Below are positions 1 to 4,455 of a stretch of DNA of 5,550 nt, one piece after another (the stretch's first letter is position 1; every line of letters begins with the position of its first letter). Source of the stretch: a virus; the IMG/VR virus record IMGVR_UViG_3300011982_000239, positions 1 to 5,550 of that record. One strand, written 5' to 3'. Both the position numbers and the translations under genes were made by a program. The notes beneath the pieces are model-generated. The model did no database searches and had not been told where the DNA came from. It saw nothing but the letters and a program-made list of their open reading frames with translations.

Positions 1-81
1 GATTATGAACTTTCTGCAGAAAAGTTAAATTTATTGTATTGTGCGATTATTGATTTTACTGAATCAATAAAAATCGCATAA
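1..81 (+). CDS. 3' fragment (26 codons plus TAA) of the small HTH protein gene that begins at 5422, if the molecule is circular
   Basis: Frame 1 is open from base 1 to TAA at 79-81 (DYELSAEKLNLLYCAIIDFTESIKIA). It is in phase with the ORF running off the 3' end, whose 129 nt are exactly 43 codons. Confidence 0.55.
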   Translation, partial: DYELSAEKLNLLYCAIIDFTESIKIA

Positions 82-105
82 CATACATTATTTACATAAA
101 TATAT

Positions 106-114
106 TGGTACTAT
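106..114 (+). promoter_or_regulatory. Candidate extended -10 promoter element (TGgTACTAT) upstream of the 59-aa gene
   Basis: TG-n-TACTAT lies about 22 nt upstream of ATG 136. It is part of a roughly 17-nt motif (TATTGGTACTATTTTAT) repeated at 5382-5399. No good -35 hexamer sits at proper spacing. Confidence 0.3.
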
Positions 115-135
115 TTTATTAGAAAGGTGGTTTTT

Positions 136-315
136 ATGTCTAACACTTGTACACTAAAAGTGGAGCGTGAGATTGTTGAAAAGAATGGTAAAACTTATAA
201 GAATTTATTTCTCATCGTTCCTAAGTTCAATGGAGAAGTTAAAAAGATTTCTCTATATGATCTTAATGGCTATGCTCGTGAGTTTATTAATGATTATTTA
301 GATTCTGTTAAGTAG
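136..315 (+). CDS. 59-aa small soluble Lys/Glu-rich protein; candidate ssDNA-binding (gene V-like) protein by size and position only
   Basis: ATG 136 is preceded by AAAGGTGG (123-130). The track start at 127 is a GTG inside that RBS. The gene lies between the replication module and the structural genes. No recognisable motif. Confidence 0.6.
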   Translation: MSNTCTLKVEREIVEKNGKTYKNLFLIVPKFNGEVKKISLYDLNGYAREFINDYLDSVK

Positions 316-335
316 TTTTAGAAGGGTAGAGATCT

Positions 336-1427
336 ATGAAAAAGGTATTTATGTTTATTTTGACATTTCTAATATCTTTACAGGTAGTTTCTCTACCCGT
401 TTTTGCTTCTGGTACTGTTACTGCTATTCCATACGATAGTATGGATGCTTATGCTTATTTCTCTTCTAAAGGTTTAATTAATTTTTCTTCTTCTGGTGTT
501 CCGTCAAATATAGTACATACTGTTCCTGATAAAGAGTCCACTATTAATTGTTATGGTTCTCGTCAGTCGGAAAAATATTCTGCTGAAGAAAAGAAAAATT
601 ATAATTTTTATTGTAAAGCGTATGATGGCTATTCTGGTTATTATACTGAAAATAATTTTCTTTCTATGTCTTATCCTACTGTTTCTGGTAGATGGCGTTA
701 TACAGGTACGTATGATCCTAGTTCTTTTGTTTCTTTTGGTGGTTATCAGGGTTATATTTATCTTGAATTTCTTTCTACTGTACAAGTTTATGGTGATATT
801 TATATAGCTGGTGAGCATACACCCGTTCATTCTCATGTTGAGAATTTATTAATTCAATATGTAGCTAACTTTAGGGGTGTATCTTATTTTCATTACGTTT
901 TTAGATTTAAGTCTACTGATCCTTATTTCTCTATAGACTTTTCTCGCTTTGTTGATAAAGATGTGACTGTTGTTCCTATTCTTTTAAAACCTGAATCTTT
1001 TTTAACTGATATTGAGCGTGCGCGTTTCGGTCTTCCTACTTCTACTCAACAAGCTATATATGATTTGAAAGCTATTACTGTTCAGAAATTTGATGAATTA
1101 ATTTCTAATTTAGGTGGTGTTCCTAGTAGTGATCCTGATTTAAATCAGCTTCTTTCTACTATATCTGTTAATAATAAGAATTATGATTCTACTAATAAGA
1201 ATTTTAATGATTTAGAAAATTCTTTTTCTAATGACATGAATAATAGTTTAACTTCTATTGATTCTAATCCTAAATTAATTACTAATTCTAAGTTTATTAA
1301 TTCAATGAAGTTTGTTTCTGATTTATACACTAAATTGGTTATTGATACTCCTTTTGAACAGATTTTAATGTTTACTGCTACTTTAGGTATTGCTTTAGTT
1401 TTAATTGGAAAGTTGAGAAATAGGTGA
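336..1427 (+). CDS. pIII-like minor coat / adsorption protein (secreted, C-terminal membrane anchor)
   Basis: RBS GAAGGG is at 321-326. The N-terminal signal peptide MKKVFMFILTFLISLQVVSLPVFA/SG has a VFA cleavage-type site. The N-terminal region is Tyr/Gly-rich, followed by an Asn/Ser-rich low-complexity linker. The terminal TM helix plus basic tail is ILMFTATLGIALVLIGKLRNR. It is the largest ORF and is followed by a pVI-like gene, as in Ff phages. Confidence 0.7.
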   Translation: MKKVFMFILTFLISLQVVSLPVFASGTVTAIPYDSMDAYAYFSSKGLINFSSSGVPSNIVHTVPDKESTINCYGSRQSEKYSAEEKKNYNFYCKAYDGYSGYYTENNFLSMSYPTVSGRWRYTGTYDPSSFVSFGGYQGYIYLEFLSTVQVYGDIYIAGEHTPVHSHVENLLIQYVANFRGVSYFHYVFRFKSTDPYFSIDFSRFVDKDVTVVPILLKPESFLTDIERARFGLPTSTQQAIYDLKAITVQKFDELISNLGGVPSSDPDLNQLLSTISVNNKNYDSTNKNFNDLENSFSNDMNNSLTSIDSNPKLITNSKFINSMKFVSDLYTKLVIDTPFEQILMFTATLGIALVLIGKLRNR

Positions 1428-1642
1428 TGTTAGAATTTATTAAAACTCTTTTAGGTACTTTTGGTTCTTTGTTTACTTTTTTTTGGAATTTTATTTCTTC
1501 TTTATTTAATCTTTTTTCTAAATTACCTTCTTTTATTCTTTTTCTTACTAATAGTATTGCTTTACTTCCTATGATTCTGATTCCTTTTATTACTGCTGCT
1601 ATTAGTATTTACGTTGTTTTGTTTATTGTTGGGAGAAATTAA
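1427..1642 (+). CDS. 71-aa polytopic hydrophobic protein, pVI-like minor virion/membrane protein by position
   Basis: ATG 1427 shares its A with the upstream TGA stop (1425-1427), suggesting translational coupling. The track start at 1424 is a GTG. There are two to three hydrophobic segments, and the protein ends in ...IVGRN. Confidence 0.6.
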   Translation: MLEFIKTLLGTFGSLFTFFWNFISSLFNLFSKLPSFILFLTNSIALLPMILIPFITAAISIYVVLFIVGRN

Positions 1643-1870
1643 ATGGGTGAAGCTCTTACTTTGTTGTTTCAAATTTATTCTAAATTCATTGAATTTATTT
1701 TTGATAAAGCTGAAATTTTGAATGGTGTTACTTTAGGTTGGATTGCTTTAAGCGTTCTTATCTTTAGTGTTTTGATTAAGTCTCTTATGGCTGTTCCTTC
1801 TCGGGCCCAAGGTCATTCTTTTGGTGATAGTCCGACTGTTAAGTATTTAAAAAAGAAAAATGGTGATTGA
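1643..1870 (+). CDS. 75-aa single-pass membrane protein, function unknown
   Basis: GGGAG (1631-1635) lies 7 nt upstream of ATG 1643, which directly abuts the preceding TAA. One central TM segment (VTLGWIALSVLIFSVLIKSLMAV) and a basic C-terminus. Confidence 0.6.
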   Translation: MGEALTLLFQIYSKFIEFIFDKAEILNGVTLGWIALSVLIFSVLIKSLMAVPSRAQGHSFGDSPTVKYLKKKNGD

Positions 1871-2222
1871 TATGGATAATGGTTGCACTGTTTCTTTCGA
1901 TGGTGATCAGGGTGGTACTTATTTTGTTCCTTGTAATGTTGTTAAATTTTTAAGTGATAAAGATTTATCTTCTTCATGTTCTGAAACTATTTATTTATTT
2001 CGTGATTTATCTTTAGAACATTTTAAGATTTCTTGTTCTTCTTATTCTTTACCTTCGTATGTAGATTCTAATCATACTGTTCATTCTATTTCTAATGTGT
2101 CTAATATTCGTTTTAATGCTATGTCTAATGTTTATCGTAATTTAGATTATGTTTACTTATTTGTAGCTTTTATCGTCTCTGTATATTGTCTTTTTAAAAT
2201 GTTAAGGGGGTTTGTAAGATGA
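1860..2222 (+). CDS. About 116-120-aa protein with a C-terminal TM anchor, function unknown (possible minor virion protein)
   Basis: The ORF is open 1860-2222. An alternative and perhaps better start is ATG 1872, with GGTGA 6 nt upstream and just after the upstream TGA. The C-terminal hydrophobic anchor is YVYLFVAFIVSVYCLFKMLRGFVR. No signal peptide. Confidence 0.55.
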   Translation: MVIDMDNGCTVSFDGDQGGTYFVPCNVVKFLSDKDLSSSCSETIYLFRDLSLEHFKISCSSYSLPSYVDSNHTVHSISNVSNIRFNAMSNVYRNLDYVYLFVAFIVSVYCLFKMLRGFVR

Positions 2223-2365
2223 TAGATCAGATCATGGTTTTTCTTGGTAAGAATGATTATCCATTTTTGAGTCAGTTTCTTAGTGTTGTTGTTCTTACTG
2301 TAATTGTTTTAGTAGCTCTTAATATTCTTCAGTCTACTCTTTTTTGGGTAGGTGGTAAGAGATGA
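2219..2365 (+). CDS. 48-aa small hydrophobic protein (not in the ORF track); pVII/pIX-like virion cap protein candidate by position
   Basis: ATG 2219 overlaps the upstream TGA (ATGA) and GGGGG (2206-2210) lies 8 nt upstream. Translation is MIDQIMVFLGKNDYPFLSQFLSVVVLTVIVLVALNILQSTLFWVGGKR, with one TM segment. The stop TGA at 2363-2365 overlaps the next ATG. Confidence 0.5.
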   Translation: MIDQIMVFLGKNDYPFLSQFLSVVVLTVIVLVALNILQSTLFWVGGKR

Positions 2366-2514
2366 TGATACAGGTTGTTACTTTCGTTTTTAAGCTTATG
2401 ACTGATTGGGTTAATTTAGTTTCTTCGTCTTGGTTGTTAAGTATATTTGTGTTGTTCAGTATTATTGCACTTGTTGTAAATTTAGTTGTTAATAGTACTG
2501 CAAATAAACAGTAG
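2362..2514 (+). CDS. 50-aa small hydrophobic protein (not in the ORF track); pVII/pIX-like candidate by position
   Basis: ATG 2362 overlaps the upstream stop (ATGA) and AGGTGG (2350-2355) lies 6 nt upstream. Translation is MMIQVVTFVFKLMTDWVNLVSSSWLLSIFVLFSIIALVVNLVVNSTANKQ. It ends at TAG 2512-2514, immediately before the coat-gene RBS. Confidence 0.5.
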   Translation: MMIQVVTFVFKLMTDWVNLVSSSWLLSIFVLFSIIALVVNLVVNSTANKQ

Positions 2515-2527
2515 AAAGGGGGAAATC

Positions 2528-2695
2528 ATGGAAGCTTTATTAGCTAGTATTGCACTTGTAGCTGCTGAGATTTTTAAGTATGTTGGTACAATTGCTACTA
2601 CAATTACTTCTACACCATTATTACTACTTACAGTTGGTTTCTTGGTTGTTGGTGGTGCTGTTGGTATTTTTGGTCGTTTATTATCTAGAAATTAG
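2528..2695 (+). CDS. Major coat protein paralog 1 (pVIII-like, 55 aa)
   Basis: The strong RBS AAAGGGGGA is followed by ATG 2528. The track extension to 2486 lacks an RBS and overlaps the previous small ORF. The protein is small, with a hydrophobic/amphipathic N-terminal segment, a TSTP hinge, a Gly-rich TM helix LLLLTVGFLVVGGAVGIFG and a basic tail RLLSRN. Confidence 0.75.
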   Translation: MEALLASIALVAAEIFKYVGTIATTITSTPLLLLTVGFLVVGGAVGIFGRLLSRN

Positions 2696-2711
2696 TTAGG
2701 AGGTTGTTTTT

Positions 2712-2903
2712 ATGGAAGGTGGTGTAGTTAATCCTATGGTTGAACTTCTTAAATCTATTGGTTATGTAGCTACTGCAATTTTTACTTATGTTGGTACTAT
2801 TGCTAGTACTATTACAAGTACTCCGTTATTGTTACTTACCGTAGGTTTCTTAGTTGTTGGTGGTGCTATCGGTATTTTTGGTCGTTTGCTCTCAAGAAAC
2901 TAA
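2712..2903 (+). CDS. Major coat protein paralog 2 (pVIII-like, 63 aa)
   Basis: RBS AGGAGG lies about 8 nt upstream of ATG 2712. The protein is a full-length homolog of the preceding ORF. The C-terminal 38 residues differ at only 2 positions, and there is an 8-aa longer N-terminus. A strong terminator follows. Confidence 0.75.
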   Translation: MEGGVVNPMVELLKSIGYVATAIFTYVGTIASTITSTPLLLLTVGFLVVGGAIGIFGRLLSRN

Positions 2904-2913
2904 GTAGAAAGGT

Positions 2914-2944
2914 GGGAGCTTATAATATAAGCTCCCTTTGTTTA
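2914..2944 (+). terminator. Rho-independent terminator after the coat genes
   Basis: A perfect palindrome GGGAGCTTATAATATAAGCTCCC (2914-2936) gives a stem of about 9 bp (2914-2922 / 2928-2936). It is followed by TTTGTTTA. The placement after the major coat gene mirrors the Ff gene VIII terminator. Confidence 0.8.
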
Positions 2945-3078
2945 TGGATGTTAGTTTAATTATTAATTTTGTTATTAACGCAATTAAGATGATTTATACA
3001 TCTAATTTTGTTTTAATTTTTTTCGGTTTTGTTCTTGTTGATTGTTTGTTTTCTTTTTTTACTAGAAGGTTAATGTGA
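2944..3078 (+). CDS. Possible 44-aa hydrophobic peptide (not in the ORF track)
   Basis: Translation from ATG 2944 to TGA 3076-3078 is MDVSLIINFVINAIKMIYTSNFVLIFFGFVLVDCLFSFFTRRLM. The stop overlaps ATG 3078 of the ATPase gene (TGATG). There is no Shine-Dalgarno, and T-rich DNA yields hydrophobic peptides in any frame, so support is weak. Confidence 0.3.
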   Translation: MDVSLIINFVINAIKMIYTSNFVLIFFGFVLVDCLFSFFTRRLM

Positions 3079-3866
3079 TGTTTAAATTTATTCTTATTTT
3101 GTTTTTATTCATGTTTTTGTTTTTAAAACTTACTAATAAGTATGTTAATCCTTATAAGCTTATTATGATTTTTGGTAAAAAGGGTAGTGGTAAAACCACT
3201 ACTTTAACAAAGATAGCATTAAAAGAATTAAAAAGAAAGCATAAAGTTTATTCGACTGTTGAAATTCCTAGCACTTATCTTTTCAATACTGATGATATTG
3301 GATCTTTGACTTTTGAACCTGGTTCTACTGTTTTAATTGATGAAGTTGGTATGATTTGGGACAATCGCGATTTTAAAAATTTTAAGCCACAAGTTAGAGA
3401 TTTTTTTAAATATCAGAGACAATATAAGCTTAAAATCTATTTGTTTAGTCAGACTTTTGACATTGATTTGAAGCTTAGAAACTTAACTGATGAGATGTAT
3501 TTACTTTCTAATTGTTTTCGTGTTTTTTCTGTAGCTCGTCGTATTTCTAAGAAGATAACTATTAAAGAATGTGCTGATGGTACTAGTACTCTTTCCGATA
3601 CTTATGAATTTTATCCTTTATTGTTTGGTGGTTTAAAGTTTACTTTTATTCCTCGGTATACGTCTTTCTATAAATCTTATGATCCTAAGAAATTAGCTTA
3701 TATTAATGGTACTTATTTGGAATTAAATGATGTTCAGAAACGTTATTTAAGTAGTCGTAAATGGTTTTTTGATAAATTTAAAATCGGTTTTATTAAGTTT
3801 ATTGATTTTCTTAAGTCTGCAGTGCGCCCACGCAGTCGCACTGCAACGAAAAAAGTAGAAGGGTAG
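3078..3866 (+). CDS. Zot/pI-like P-loop NTPase, filamentous-phage assembly (morphogenesis) ATPase with an N-terminal TM anchor
   Basis: GAAGG (3065-3069) lies 8 nt upstream of ATG 3078; the track start at 3075 is a GTG. The N-terminal hydrophobic helix is FKFILILFLFMFLFLKL. Walker A GKKGSGKT is at nt 3174-3197 and Walker B VLIDE at nt 3330-3344. Size and position fit an inovirus pI. Confidence 0.75.
   Translation: MFKFILILFLFMFLFLKLTNKYVNPYKLIMIFGKKGSGKTTTLTKIALKELKRKHKVYSTVEIPSTYLFNTDDIGSLTFEPGSTVLIDEVGMIWDNRDFKNFKPQVRDFFKYQRQYKLKIYLFSQTFDIDLKLRNLTDEMYLLSNCFRVFSVARRISKKITIKECADGTSTLSDTYEFYPLLFGGLKFTFIPRYTSFYKSYDPKKLAYINGTYLELNDVQKRYLSSRKWFFDKFKIGFIKFIDFLKSAVRPRSRTATKKVEG
3818..3845. repeat. 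GC-rich inverted repeat (9-bp stem, 10-nt loop) inside the 3' end of the ATPase gene
   Basis: TGCAGTGCG (3818-3826) pairs with CGCACTGCA (3837-3845) around the loop CCCACGCAGT. It is a conspicuous GC island in AT-rich sequence. Confidence 0.7.
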
Positions 3867-3873
3867 TATTATT

Positions 3874-4023
3874 ATGTTTTTATTAAAATCGTTCTTAAAG
3901 CTTTTGTATTTGCCTTCTAAAGTTATTTATCATTTGATGATGATTGTTTTGATTCCTTTTCCAAAGTTTAGAAAAATTTTTAGTATGTGTTTTTATGTTT
4001 ATCGTAGGTGGTTATATTTATGA
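3874..4023 (+). CDS. Possible 49-aa basic hydrophobic peptide (not in the ORF track)
   Basis: ATG 3874 has GAAGGG about 10 nt upstream. Translation is MFLLKSFLKLLYLPSKVIYHLMMIVLIPFPKFRKIFSMCFYVYRRWLYL. The stop TGA at 4021-4023 overlaps ATG 4020 of the next gene (ATGA). The T-rich composition caveat applies. Confidence 0.4.
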   Translation: MFLLKSFLKLLYLPSKVIYHLMMIVLIPFPKFRKIFSMCFYVYRRWLYL

Positions 4024-4358
4024 AATTTAAAACATGTGGTTATTTAGATAAGTTTGATACTGTTGGTGGTCTTATTAAGTATTTGAAACGTAATCATTTA
4101 TTAGAAGATTCTATTGTTTATGTGATTGGTTTTGATGAAGAACGTTTGTATTCTATGTTTGATTATGATGATTTAAAGTTTTTATTATCTAGTTTCGGTA
4201 ATAGTTCTTATTATAATTGTGATCATTGTTGTGTTTCTTCTGATGTTGGTTACACAGTTGATTTTTACCAGATAATGTTAACTGATTCTTTACCTAAAGT
4301 TGGTGATTTATTTTTACAAGCTTATCCACATAAGTATGAAAATACAGATAAAAAATAG
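4020..4358 (+). CDS. 112-aa acidic soluble protein of unknown function, with a CDHCC cysteine cluster
   Basis: AGGTGG (4005-4010) lies 9 nt upstream of ATG 4020; the track start at 4008 is a GTG inside the RBS. There is no TM segment and no motif I recognise. Confidence 0.65.
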   Translation: MKFKTCGYLDKFDTVGGLIKYLKRNHLLEDSIVYVIGFDEERLYSMFDYDDLKFLLSSFGNSSYYNCDHCCVSSDVGYTVDFYQIMLTDSLPKVGDLFLQAYPHKYENTDKK

Positions 4359-4403
4359 TTATAATTTCGAAAAAAATTATAACGTTAGCTCTGCTAATTT
4401 TTT
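4358..4403 (+). terminator. AT-rich hairpin plus mini-hairpin and T-run; possible terminator and/or ssDNA structural element (packaging signal or minus-strand origin)
   Basis: GTTATAATTT (4358-4367) pairs with AAATTATAAC (4374-4383) around a 6-nt loop. Next, TTAGC (4385-4389) pairs with GCTAA (4393-4397) and is followed by TTTTTT (4398-4403). The element starts at the stop codon of the 112-aa gene. Confidence 0.4.
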
Positions 4404-4455
4404 ATATGTATTTGGCAAGCGTAAGCGCGCAAGTGTCGATTATTTTTGTAGCAAA

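Noticed and set aside
91-114. Canonical sigma-70-type promoter using TTTACA (91-96) as the -35 and TACTAT (109-114) as the -10
   Set aside because: The spacer is only 12 nt, too short for a -35/-10 pair. Only the extended -10 reading is retained, at low confidence.
127-135. GTG starts used by the ORF track at 127 (and likewise 1424, 3075 and 4008)
   Set aside because: In each case the GTG lies within or immediately after the purine-rich RBS. An ATG 3-12 nt downstream has better spacing, so I moved the starts to 136, 1427, 3078 and 4020. The GTG alternatives cannot be strictly excluded for 1424 and 3075.
553-807. 84-aa + strand ORF in an alternative frame
   Set aside because: It is nested out of frame within the pIII-like gene. 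Its Ile/Leu/Phe/Val-only product is what T-rich DNA yields in any frame, and it has no RBS.
504-836. 110-aa ORF on the minus strand
   Set aside because: It lies entirely inside the well-supported pIII-like gene on the opposite strand. The product is an Ile/Arg/Thr-rich low-complexity artefact of reading A-rich antisense sequence. It has no RBS, and every other gene is on the + strand.
1849-1855. A_AAA_AAG slippery heptamer in the correct phase near the end of the 75-aa ORF, suggesting programmed -1 frameshifting into the overlapping 1860 ORF
   Set aside because: The -1 frame hits TGA at 1864-1866 after only three codons. The downstream ORF is in the +1 frame, not the -1 frame, so a -1 shift gives no fusion. 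No downstream stimulatory structure is evident.
2486-2527. Upstream extension of coat gene 1 in the ORF track (start at 2486)
   Set aside because: It has no Shine-Dalgarno and overlaps the 2362-2514 ORF. The strong AAAGGGGGA RBS sits inside the extension and serves ATG 2528. The paralog alignment also begins at the ME... of 2528.
3078-3866. Calling the Zot-like protein a toxin (zonula occludens toxin)
   Set aside because: The Zot family name comes from the Vibrio CTXphi protein. The conserved function is phage assembly ATPase, and nothing in this sequence supports enterotoxin activity.
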